From Mycobacterium tuberculosis H37Rv (GTDB taxonomy: Bacteria; Actinomycetota; Actinomycetes; Mycobacteriales; Mycobacteriaceae), in assembly GCF_000195955.2 (NCBI RefSeq), contig NC_000962.3:4290001-4322000 (forward strand): a DNA stretch of 32,000 bases, given 5' to 3'. Of the stretch, positions 21,708 through 30,114 are shown in pieces. Positions within the stretch are counted from its first letter, which is position 1. Each line of letters opens with the position of its first letter. A program made the position numbers and the translations under genes. The notes beneath the pieces were generated by a model. It worked only from the letters and a program-made list of their open reading frames with translations. It searched no databases and had not been told where the DNA came from.

Positions 21708-22669
21708 GCTTGCGCCCCCTGGTCGTCCGGGCGAACCAGGGTCTGCTCGGGTTTGCCCGCGCGGAGCCGCGCTAACCAGCGTGATGCTTCGTCTACCAGG
21801 GGCGGCTGCGCCCCTGCCGCTGGCCCCGTCGGCCAGGACCCCAGGTATCGCACATCAGCACAACGTCGGTGCACCGCCTTGAGTGCCTCGGCGACGGCCT
21901 CGTCGTCGATGTGGCCGACGCAATCCACGAAGAACAGATAGGTGCCAAGTTCGGTACGGGTGGGCCGGGATTCAATCCGAGTGAGATCGATGCCGCGGAT
22001 GCCGAACTCGGCCAGCGCAGCTACCAGCGCACCGGGCTGGTTGTCGATGCGCAGCACTGCAGACGTGCGATCGGCTCCGGTGCGCGCCGGAGGCGGCCCG
22101 GGCCGACCAACCAGGACGAAGCGGGTGCGGGCATTGGATTCGTCAACGACACCGTCGGCCAGGGCCGCCAATCCCCAACGAGCGGCCGCCAGCGGCGAGG
22201 TCACCGCGGCGTCAACCAAGCCGTCAGCCACCTGCCGGGCCGCGTCCGCGTTGGAATAAGCCGGCCGCAGGTCGGCGGCGGGAAGATGGGCCGCCAACCA
22301 CTGCCGCACCTGTGCAGCCGCCACCGGAAAGGCCGCCAGGGTCCGCACGTCCGCGGCGTTGCGCCCGGGTTTGACCACGATGCTGAACGTCACGTCCAGC
22401 GTTGTCTCGGCGAACACCTGCAGGCGCACACCGATGGCCAGGCTATCCAAAGTAGGCAGCACGGAACCGTCGATCGAGTTCTCGATCGGCACGCACGCAT
22501 AATCCGCACCGCCGTCGCGGACCGCAGCCAGTGCTGCGGGCGCGCTCTCGACCGGCATCCGCTGCAGTGCATCGGGCCCGGTCTCGGGAACTAGGCCGGC
22601 GGCCACCATCCGGACCAGGGCTGCCTCGGTGAATGTCCCTTCCGGACCGAGGTAAGCGATACGCACCAC
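21704..22669 (-). CDS. pheA: Prephenate dehydratase
   Basis: VVRIAYLGPEGTFTEAAL N-terminus, IENSIDGSVLPTLDSL, ACT domain LRIDNQPGALVAALAEFGIRGIDLTRIESRPTR. The track ORF begins at 22726; the start at 22669 gives the usual N-terminus. Confidence 0.94.
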   Translation of the reverse strand: MVRIAYLGPEGTFTEAALVRMVAAGLVPETGPDALQRMPVESAPAALAAVRDGGADYACVPIENSIDGSVLPTLDSLAIGVRLQVFAETTLDVTFSIVVKPGRNAADVRTLAAFPVAAAQVRQWLAAHLPAADLRPAYSNADAARQVADGLVDAAVTSPLAAARWGLAALADGVVDESNARTRFVLVGRPGPPPARTGADRTSAVLRIDNQPGALVAALAEFGIRGIDLTRIESRPTRTELGTYLFFVDCVGHIDDEAVAEALKAVHRRCADVRYLGSWPTGPAAGAQPPLVDEASRWLARLRAGKPEQTLVRPDDQGAQA

Positions 22670-22729
22670 GCTCACAACCCTAACGACGCAAAGCCGACCG
22701 CCAACTCTTGCGACCAGACCGTGCATTAG

Positions 22730-22748
22730 TTAACTTAGGCTTACCTAA
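22730..22748. promoter_or_regulatory. IdeR iron box
   Basis: TTAACTTAGGCTTACCTAA versus consensus TTAGGTTAGGCTAACCTAA, a few bases before an AGGAGG RBS and the 22765 start. Confidence 0.8.
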
Positions 22749-22764
22749 ACACAGGAGGTCGTGG

Positions 22765-23541
22765 ATGCCGCCGCTCACCAGTCTCGCGCCGACTACTGCC
22801 GAGCGAATTCGCAGCGCCTGCGCGCGGGCCGGGGGCGCCTTGCTGGTGGTTGAGCGGGAGGATCCGGTCCCCGTGCCCATACACCATTTGTTGTACGACG
22901 GGTCCTTCGCCGTGGCGGTTCCGGTCGATCGTGGCGAGGTGTCCGGTTCGCAAGCGCTGCTGGAGTTGACTGACTATGCGCCGCTGCCGGTGCGTGAACC
23001 CGTCCGTTCGCTGGTGTGGATCCGCGGCTGCCTCCACCAGATCCCGCCCGCAGAGCTGGTTGAGACCCTGGACCTGATCGCCACCGATAATCCGAATCCG
23101 GCCCTGCTACAAGTCGAGACCCCGAGGCCCGGGCCGGCCGATGCGGCGGAGACCCGGTATACCATGCAGCGGCTGGAGATCGAATCCGTAGTGGTGACCG
23201 ACGCCACCGGCGCCGAACCCGTTACCGTGGCGGACCTGCTCGCGGCCCGACCCGATCCGTTTTGTGAAATCGAATCAACCTTGCTCTGGCACCTAGCCAC
23301 CGCCCATGACGATGTGGTCGCGCGGCTGGTATCCAGGCTGCCGGCACCGCTACGACGCGGACAGATCCGCCCCCTCGGTCTCGATCGGTACGGCGTCCGG
23401 TTTCGCATTGAAGCTCGCGACGGAGACCGCGACATCCGACTGCCGTTCCATAAGCCGGTGGACGACATGACCGGGCTAAGCCAGGCCATCCGGGTGCTCA
23501 TGGGTTGCCCGTTCCGCAACGGGCTGCGCGCCCGCAGGTAG
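22765..23541 (+). CDS. Conserved hypothetical, DUF2470/heme-utilisation-like, iron-regulated
   Basis: 258 aa from ATG 22765 behind AGGAGG (22753-22758); C-terminal RFRIEARDGDRDIRLPFHKPVDDMTGLSQAIRVLMGC. Confidence 0.8.
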   Translation: MPPLTSLAPTTAERIRSACARAGGALLVVEREDPVPVPIHHLLYDGSFAVAVPVDRGEVSGSQALLELTDYAPLPVREPVRSLVWIRGCLHQIPPAELVETLDLIATDNPNPALLQVETPRPGPADAAETRYTMQRLEIESVVVTDATGAEPVTVADLLAARPDPFCEIESTLLWHLATAHDDVVARLVSRLPAPLRRGQIRPLGLDRYGVRFRIEARDGDRDIRLPFHKPVDDMTGLSQAIRVLMGCPFRNGLRARR

Positions 23542-23566
23542 CAGGCACAGCCGCCGCTCGGCCGCG

Positions 23567-23980
23567 TTGGCCGGCTGCATCCAAAGGTTCAGCCACGTAC
23601 GTTGTCTAGGTCCGGGGTTGGCATCCGACAACCCGACGACACTGATATCGATCCCGCGTGACTCTTATGTACCGATCCCTGGCCACGGCCGGGACAAAAT
23701 CAACGCCGCGTTCGCGCTGGGCGGGGGGCGGCTGCTGACCCAAACGGTCGAGTTGGCTACTGGCCTGCACCTGGATCACTATGCCGAGGTCGGATTCAGC
23801 GAGTTCGCCGACCTCGTCGACGCCTTCGATCCGTTGGCCGGCGTCGATCTACCGGCAGGCTGCCAAACACTTGACGGACGTGCAGCGCTGGGCTACGTCC
23901 GGACTCGGGCCACACCACGGGCCGATCTAGAGGGCTCCGACGTGCCGGTGCCAGCCGCCGCGTTCGAAACACAGCCCTAA
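23567..23980 (+). pseudogene. LytR-CpsA-Psr (LCP) family fragment
   Basis: TTLISIPRDSYVPIPGHGRDKINAAFALGGGRLLTQTVELATGLHLDHYAEVGFSEFADLVDAFDPLAGVDLPAGCQTLDGRAALGYVRTRATPRADLE is LCP core, but there is no N-terminal TM, an apparent internal deletion and an early C-terminal end. Confidence 0.7.
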
Positions 23981-24052
23981 CGACACGCTGCCGAATATGA
24001 CCCGTGTCGGAAATTAGGGCGACAAGAGTAATGCGGCTCAACATAGCCTTGC

Positions 24053-24071
24053 TTTACTTAGGCAAACCTGC
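24053..24071. promoter_or_regulatory. IdeR iron box upstream of bfrB
   Basis: TTTACTTAGGCAAACCTGC, core matches the IdeR consensus; further half-site-like sequence overlaps on both sides (TAGCCTTGCTTTA, AACCTGCCTTCA). Confidence 0.7.
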
Positions 24072-24105
24072 CTTCAACCAGGAGGTTATTATCATCCTGT
24101 GGTAA

Positions 24106-24124
24106 CTAGGAAAGCCTTTCCTGA
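24106..24124. promoter_or_regulatory. Second iron-box-like palindrome upstream of bfrB
   Basis: CTAGGAAAGCCTTTCCTGA, containing a perfect palindrome AGGAAAG-C-CTTTCCT (24108-24122). Confidence 0.5.
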
Positions 24125-24177
24125 GTAAGTATTGCCTTCGTTGCATACCGCCCTTTACCTGCGTTAATCTGCATTTT

Positions 24178-24723
24178 ATGACAGAATACGAAGGGCCTAA
24201 GACAAAATTCCACGCGTTAATGCAGGAACAGATTCATAACGAATTCACAGCGGCACAACAATATGTCGCGATCGCGGTTTATTTCGACAGCGAAGACCTG
24301 CCGCAGTTGGCGAAGCATTTTTACAGCCAAGCGGTCGAGGAACGAAACCATGCAATGATGCTCGTGCAACACCTGCTCGACCGCGACCTTCGTGTCGAAA
24401 TTCCCGGCGTAGACACGGTGCGAAACCAGTTCGACAGACCCCGCGAGGCACTGGCGCTGGCGCTCGATCAGGAACGCACAGTCACCGACCAGGTCGGTCG
24501 GCTGACAGCGGTGGCCCGCGACGAGGGCGATTTCCTCGGCGAGCAGTTCATGCAGTGGTTCTTGCAGGAACAGATCGAAGAGGTGGCCTTGATGGCAACC
24601 CTGGTGCGGGTTGCCGATCGGGCCGGGGCCAACCTGTTCGAGCTAGAGAACTTCGTCGCACGTGAAGTGGATGTGGCGCCGGCCGCATCAGGCGCCCCGC
24701 ACGCTGCCGGGGGCCGCCTCTAG
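24178..24723 (+). CDS. bfrB: Ferritin BfrB
   Basis: 181 aa; MTEYEGPKTKFHALMQEQIHNEFTAAQQYVAIAVYFDSEDLPQLAKHFYSQAVEERNHAMM (ferroxidase-centre residues). Confidence 0.97.
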   Translation: MTEYEGPKTKFHALMQEQIHNEFTAAQQYVAIAVYFDSEDLPQLAKHFYSQAVEERNHAMMLVQHLLDRDLRVEIPGVDTVRNQFDRPREALALALDQERTVTDQVGRLTAVARDEGDFLGEQFMQWFLQEQIEEVALMATLVRVADRAGANLFELENFVAREVDVAPAASGAPHAAGGRL

Positions 24724-24737
24724 ATCCCTGGCGGGGA

Positions 24738-25562
24738 TCAGCGAGTGGTCCCGTTCGCCCGCCCGTCTTCCAGCCAGGCCTTGGTGCGGCCGGGGTGGTG
24801 AGTACCAATCCAGGCCACCCCGACCTCCCGGCAAAAGTCGATGTCCTCGTACTCATCGACGTTCCAGCAGTACACCGCCCGGCCCTGAGCTGCCGAGCGG
24901 TCAACGAGTTGCGGATATTCCTTTAACGCAGGCAGTGAGGGTCCCACGGCGGTTGCCCCGACCGCCGTGGCCGCACTGCTGGTCAGGTATCGGGGGGTCT
25001 TGCCGAGCAACACCGTCGGCAGCAGCGGTGCAGCCCGCCGGATCCGCCAGACCGCGGCGGCCGAAAACGACATCACCACCGCACGGGATCGATCTGCGGA
25101 GGCGGGTGCGGCAATACCGAACCGGTGTAGCAGCGCCAGCAGCTTGTTTTCCACCAGCGAGCCGTATCGGACGGGATGCTTGGTCTCGACGAAGATCTTC
25201 ACCGGCCGGTGCCAGTCCAAAACCAGCGAAACAAGCGCGTCCAGGGTCAGCAGACTGGTGTCGCCGTGCGAACCGTCGGGGCGCCAGCTGTCGTGCCACG
25301 CGCCGTACTCCAGCTCGCGTAGCTGGGCCAGCGTCATCGTGCTGACCAAGCCGGCTCCCGTCGAGGTTCGGTCCAGGCGGCGGTCATGCACACAGACCAG
25401 ATGCCCGTCCCGGGTCAACCGCACATCACATTCCACGCCGTCGGCGCCCTCTTTGAGCGCCAGGTCGTAGGCGGCAAGGGTATGCTCCGGCCGAGCCGCC
25501 GACGCACCACGGTGAGCAACCACAAAGGGATGTCCGGCGAGCACCTCGTCGGCCCATGTCAT
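24738..25562 (-). CDS. glpQ1: Glycerophosphodiester phosphodiesterase
   Basis: MTWADEVLAGHPFVVAHRGASAARPEHTLAAYDLALKEGADGVECDVRLTRDGHLVCVHD GDPD motifs. The track start at 25568 is 2 codons longer. Confidence 0.94.
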   Translation of the reverse strand: MTWADEVLAGHPFVVAHRGASAARPEHTLAAYDLALKEGADGVECDVRLTRDGHLVCVHDRRLDRTSTGAGLVSTMTLAQLRELEYGAWHDSWRPDGSHGDTSLLTLDALVSLVLDWHRPVKIFVETKHPVRYGSLVENKLLALLHRFGIAAPASADRSRAVVMSFSAAAVWRIRRAAPLLPTVLLGKTPRYLTSSAATAVGATAVGPSLPALKEYPQLVDRSAAQGRAVYCWNVDEYEDIDFCREVGVAWIGTHHPGRTKAWLEDGRANGTTR

Positions 25563-25567
25563 GTCCA

Positions 25568-26596
25568 CTATGCTGCCGGTTCCTGCCCGTCCAACTCAAC
25601 CGCAACAGAAGATGCCGGCGCGGAACGCCCGTCTGTGTTCACCACCACCCAGCGATGCGCTGGGCGTTCGACCGGCTTTTGCTCGAACCCCTCGAAGACC
25701 CGCGCAGCAGCGGCCACCGCGGCCGCCGCACACAGATACGCCAGCACCATCATGGTGGTGTTGTTGGCGATGCCCTGAGCGTCGGTGACCCAGCTGGTGG
25801 CGAACGCGAACATCGATATCGCGTTGCTGACGATCCACACGATCCACCACACCACGATCGGCCTGCGCAGCCGCGTGTAGCGGTCCTCGACCAGCGCCAA
25901 CTCGATGACGTACAGCGGAGCCCACAGCAGATTGACCATCGGCAATAGGCAGCCGGCCCATAACTCACGGGCGGAACGCCGCTCCGGCAAGCCTTGATGC
26001 ATAAACGCGGCGGCCCGACGGGCGACCAGCCACCGGACCAACAGGACAATGGTAGTGCCGGCCGCCGCAATCGCCGCCAAGCTGACCAAAACCCCCAGCC
26101 AGACCGAGGCGCTGGCCACCACCGAGTTCAACAATGTGTTTCGGTTGATGACCAGCAACACATACCGCACCACAAACACCACGACCGCGATGCTGAACAC
26201 CAGCAGGCTCACCAACAGCGTGGTGCGCACCGCCGCCGGCGATGGCCCTGCTTTCGCCGAGGCCGGCACGGGAGCCTGGTCGACATGGTCGGTTAGCCCC
26301 CACCGCGGTATCCCGGCGTAGCGGGGAGTAGGCCCACGTAACCGTGGGCCGTGCCGTGGCGGCGGTGCCGCCCCGGGTCGCACCGCTATCCACCGAAAAC
26401 CTGGGGGAAGCCGCGGCGGTGTGCGCCGCGTGTCGGAGGCCGTCGGCACCTGCGGGCGCGCCGGTGTACGCCAGCGCGCCTCGGCCGGCATATCCGCCAA
26501 CGGCGCCAGCAACATCCCCCGACAGCGTGGACACCACACGCGTTGCCGCTCACGGACGTTCCAGCCAGTTCCGCACTGGGAGCACACTTGGATCAC
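25568..26596 (-). CDS. DUF4328-like membrane protein with N-terminal Cys4 zinc-ribbon
   Basis: 342 aa; MIQVCSQCGTGWNVRERQRVWCPRCRG, then multiple TM segments (TTLLVSLLVFSIAVVVFVVRYVLLV etc.). Confidence 0.82.
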   Translation of the reverse strand: MIQVCSQCGTGWNVRERQRVWCPRCRGMLLAPLADMPAEARWRTPARPQVPTASDTRRTPPRLPPGFRWIAVRPGAAPPPRHGPRLRGPTPRYAGIPRWGLTDHVDQAPVPASAKAGPSPAAVRTTLLVSLLVFSIAVVVFVVRYVLLVINRNTLLNSVVASASVWLGVLVSLAAIAAAGTTIVLLVRWLVARRAAAFMHQGLPERRSARELWAGCLLPMVNLLWAPLYVIELALVEDRYTRLRRPIVVWWIVWIVSNAISMFAFATSWVTDAQGIANNTTMMVLAYLCAAAAVAAAARVFEGFEQKPVERPAHRWVVVNTDGRSAPASSVAVELDGQEPAA

Positions 26597-26732
26597 CAGA
26601 CCAGCCTAGTGACTTCTCCGCCCCGCACCGGTACGGCATTGTCCGCGCCGTCAACAGGCGTTGAGGCAGGCTTCCGCGCTGGATTGGGCGCGCCCGGTCG
26701 CGGCACGTCCAGCACGACACAGCTACCTACGA

Positions 26733-26831
26733 CTATCCACAGTTTCCACAGCTTTATCCACAGCGGTAAGAATCCGACGAATGGCGTTAACACCGGCTCC
26801 ATCCGTCAGCCAGGCCCACAACTGTGGATAA
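26733..26831. promoter_or_regulatory. Cluster of DnaA-box-like 9-mers
   Basis: CTATCCACA (26733-26741, +), GTTTCCACA (26742-26750, +), TTATCCACA (26754-26762, +), TTATCCACA on the minus strand (26823-26831, reads TGTGGATAA on +). Confidence 0.45.
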
Positions 26832-27089
26832 CAGCGCCCGTCAATGCGTTCTCATCGACAGCCTGGCAGGTACCCGAGCGAAATGGATTGTCGCACTAAG
26901 CATCCACATCTGCCCCGGCTGCACCTAGCAGCCTGCCCGCCCGGGCCCGGCCTGCTCCTGCGATCGTCAAACCACACATTTCGCGGCGCTGCCGGCGCAG
27001 TATCCGGACGTCTTGTGGCGCTGCGAGGTACCAATTTTTCCCCACCATTCACCAGGAGTTATTATCGCGTGCACGACACTTCGTTGTGA

Positions 27090-27113
27090 CTTACCTCACC
27101 GTCGTGAGGTGAG
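27090..27113. promoter_or_regulatory. 24-bp inverted repeat (operator or 5' UTR hairpin)
   Basis: CTTACCTCAC-CGTC-GTGAGGTGAG, 9 of 10 arm pairs complementary, 21 bp upstream of the 27135 ATG. Confidence 0.5.
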
Positions 27114-27134
27114 CATGCAGGTGAAAGGCGACTG

Positions 27135-27284
27135 ATGGCCACACACTCGTACGGCCCAGGGTCTACAACGCCGCCGAACTCTGGCTCGCCGGAGTGGAAC
27201 CACGCCTACGGCATTGCCGCTTTGCGGGCCGCCCTGATCGCTCTGGCGTTACTGGCGATTCTGGCCGTCATCGCTTTGGTTTGA
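27135..27284 (+). CDS. Putative 49-aa single-pass membrane peptide
   Basis: ATG behind an AGGTGAAAGG-like RBS; MATHSYGPGSTTPPNSGSPEWNHAYGIAALRAALIALALLAILAVIALV*. Not in the supplied ORF track. Confidence 0.5.
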   Translation: MATHSYGPGSTTPPNSGSPEWNHAYGIAALRAALIALALLAILAVIALV

Positions 27285-28049
27285 GTCCCCGGCCACTCGG
27301 GTGGCACCGAGTCGGTCCGGACGCCCTGGTCAGAACCGGTTCTCGGATTTGGGTAACCCCCCTTGTGTCACTGCCGTTTCGGTGGTCACAGCACGGCAAT
27401 TGTTGTGGGTGGCCTTTCATAGAACTGCGACATGGATTACCGCGGTCGTGAGGAAATCGTCGAGGCTGGTTGCACCCCCACGGAGCCAGCCAGAAATTCT
27501 GTAGATCAGAGTTGGCTTGATTATGAATCATGCTCTAGCACAGGGCAACTCGTGAGTGTGTTGAACACTACCGTCCTGTTCTGCGTTCCGGCACTCGAAT
27601 AACCTCCCGTCCCACTCGAAATATTGCGCAGCCTAAGATAAATCAGCTTCATAGCCGAATCCTTGCCTGGCAAAAGGACCGCGGTTATTGATTAACTTGC
27701 GCAGCTCGATCGGATAGTCCAGGAATGGCACGAATTCCGGCTACGCATGCGCCCAGACAAAATTCCTTGAGCGCGAGCTCGGCGGCCTCCACGGTGACGG
27801 CGCCATGAATCCCGGCATCGACGAGACGCCCCGGGCTGTCTTGGATCGGCCGGCCCGAGGCGTCTTTGCGCCCGTCAAGGTCCACCCTGATAGCCAAATG
27901 CGCCAGCTGGCGGCAACCACCCCGTTGTCTTCGATCCGCAGCCGTAAACCGTCGTTCGTCGGCGCCCGTCGCCCAACGTGAACTGAGGGCGGAGAATCGG
28001 CCGGAATCTCGCCCTCAGTTCACGCTCGGCGCCGTTTGGCCTCACCCAG

Positions 28050-28312
28050 TCAATGTGATCTGTGCGGGCGGGCGTTGGCGCGTAGCGAACCCCAGTGGCG
28101 CCGGCCCGCCAAGCACGCCCCGGCGCGGCCAGCTCATCAGCGGCTACGCAAGCGCAACGGCGCCCGCGATGGGCTGTGGAAGAACCCGGAGGATCTCACC
28201 GAACACCAGAATGCCAAGCTGTCGCGCTCATCTACTCAAAGAAGGCCTACGGCACCTGTTTTCGGTCAAAGGCGAAGAGAGTAAGCAGGCACTGGACCGG
28301 TTGATCTTCTAG
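28050..28312 (+). pseudogene. ISL3-family transposase remnant (internal segment, frameshifted)
   Basis: Frame 1: PAHQRLRKRNGARDGLWKNPEDLTEHQNAKL; frame 2 continues RAHLLKEGLRHLFSVKGEESKQALDRLIF*. Both match the recalled ISL3 pattern ALWKNPEDLTERQ..KL..(RA)YLLKEGLR.VF.VKGEEGKQALDRW. Confidence 0.65.
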
Positions 28313-28774
28313 GCGCGGCCCCGAGTGAGCATACTTTGGTGGCTTGTATCTCTTGTAGTGCCGCTTTGACGGGGTGGTGGTCAGGTACGGTGGCCTCGGG
28401 AGAGGCTGGAGGGCTCGACGTTTTCGGCTGAGTGTCTGGGCCCGTGAAAGAGATCGTCTGCTCCAGCTTTGTCTCCTGAACTGACCCGGTTTAGGGAATT
28501 GGTGGCCAGGTTGCGGAAGTGCGCAGCATCGACGTGTACCTGGGTGAGGCATCGAATCATCGACAAGCACCGGAGCCGCGCGTGAACTCCCGCCGCGTTG
28601 TGGTCGGGGATGATGTGGGAGACCGGCCGGCAGTGCTGTGTACGAAGGTTCTCCCACCGCAACGAGTTCACGCACGACGGTCGGCTGGGTGGGCCCTGGA
28701 ATACGTGAACTCTTCATCAACACAACATGATTGACGATGAAGGGGAGAACCTCCATGCACAACAACGCTAACCC

Positions 28775-29640
28775 GTGACTGCCGAGAATCCAGGACGGAG
28801 CAGGCGGACGCTGGTCGGAATCGACGCGGCGATCACGGCCTGTCACCACATCGCGATCCGCGATGATGTCGGTGCGAGGTCGATTCGATTCAGTGTCGAA
28901 CCCACGCTGGCCGGACTGCGCACCCTCACCGACAAGCTCAGCGGTTACGACGATATCGACGCCACCGTGGAACCGACCTCGATGACGTGGCTGCCGCTCA
29001 CGATCGCTGTCGAGAATGCCGGTGACACCATGCACATGGCCGGCGCGCGGCATTGCGCCCGGCTGCGGGGTGCGATCGTGGGCAAGAGCAAGTCCGACGT
29101 CATCGACGCCGAGGTTCTCACCCGCGCCAGCGAGGTGTTCGACCTGACGCCGCTGACACTGCCGACGCCCGCGCAGTTGGCGTTACGTCGATCGGTGATC
29201 CGACGTGCCGGCGCAGTGATTGACGCGAACCGGTCCTGGCGTCGGTTGATGTCGTTGGCGCGGTAGGCGTTCCCCGATGTGTGGACCGCGTTCGCCGGGT
29301 CGTTACCGACCGCGACAGCGGTGCTGGGGCGTTGGCCCGACATCCGCTTGCTGGCCGGCGCACCGACCCGCAACTGGCGGCGTTCTACCACCGGCTGATG
29401 ACCACCCAGAGGCATTGCCACACCCAGGCCACCATCGCCGTAGCCCGCAAGCTGGCCGAACGCACCCGGGTGACGATCACCACCGGCCGCCCCTACCAGC
29501 TGCGCGACACCAACGGCGACCCTGTCACCGCCCGCGGCGCGAAAGAACTGATCGACGCCCACTACCACGTCGACACCAGGACCCACCCACACAACCGCGC
29601 CCACACTGACACCATGCAGAACTCGAAACCGGCACGCTGA
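28775..29640 (+). pseudogene. IS110-family (DEDD) transposase remnant, interrupted and internally deleted
   Basis: 28775-29266: LVGIDAAITACHHIAIRDD...VEPTSMTWLPL...GKSKSDVIDAEVLTRA (DEDD-type residues). After the stop, another frame gives VWTAFAGSLPTATAVLGRWPDIRLLAG. The frame ending at 29640 gives RTDPQLAAFYHRLMTTQRHCHTQATIAVARKLAERTRVTITTGRPYQLRD. Confidence 0.7.
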
Positions 29641-29709
29641 ACACCACTGTCGGCAGGGGATCCGGTTGCACACGCAACGGTCACTTGAGGCGATCGTCTC
29701 CATTCCTGG

Positions 29710-29744
29710 CTCCTTGCCGCCCATTGTTGTCGGCGAGCAAGGAG
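29710..29744. repeat. Stem-loop
   Basis: CTCCTTGC-CGCC-(loop CATTGTTGTC)-GGCG-A-GCAAGGAG, 12 complementary pairs with one bulge. Confidence 0.5.
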
Positions 29745-29784
29745 TCACAGTGGAGTCCCCGCAGCGTAGCGAGGAAAACCGACC

Positions 29785-30114
29785 TTGACGCCCGACGAGC
29801 GGCAACGAGAACCGGCAACGAGGAATGGTCTTCGACAAGCCCACCGTGAGTTGTCTATCGGTTTCTCATTTTCAGCGTCTTTTCAGAGTCGCGCAACACA
29901 ATCCGATGCCCGTCGAGATCCGTCGCGACTACACACACACCCAGCATCTCGACCATCGCGACTCCGGCCGACGACGGCTAACGAGCAGCTTCGCCCCACC
30001 CGCCCCCGCAGCAACAACACAACGGCACGGCAGCAGCTGATCACTGCCCAAAACACGCACCCACATCAGATGCAGAACCCCTTGACAACCAATAGGGAAT
30101 CTCTTCACGAATGA
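29785..30114 (+). CDS. Hypothetical protein, weak coding support
   Basis: 109-aa ORF MTPDERQREPATRNGLRQAHRELSIGF...; no recognisable domain; lies between IS fossils. Confidence 0.3.
   Translation: MTPDERQREPATRNGLRQAHRELSIGFSFSASFQSRATQSDARRDPSRLHTHPASRPSRLRPTTANEQLRPTRPRSNNTTARQQLITAQNTHPHQMQNPLTTNRESLHE

Noticed and set aside
25994-26899. Plus-strand ORFs (including a 182-aa ORF at 26351-26899)
   Set aside because: Antisense to the Cys-ribbon/DUF4328-like membrane protein gene or running into the intergenic region without domain signal.
27685-27897. 70-aa minus-strand ORF in the gene-poor interval
   Set aside because: Some plausible composition, but no recognisable motif, no clear RBS and no neighbouring operon; too weak to call.
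28247-29053. 268-aa minus-strand ORF
   Set aside because: Antisense to the ISL3-like and IS110-like remnants; composition does not look like protein. The plus-strand similarity explains the openness.
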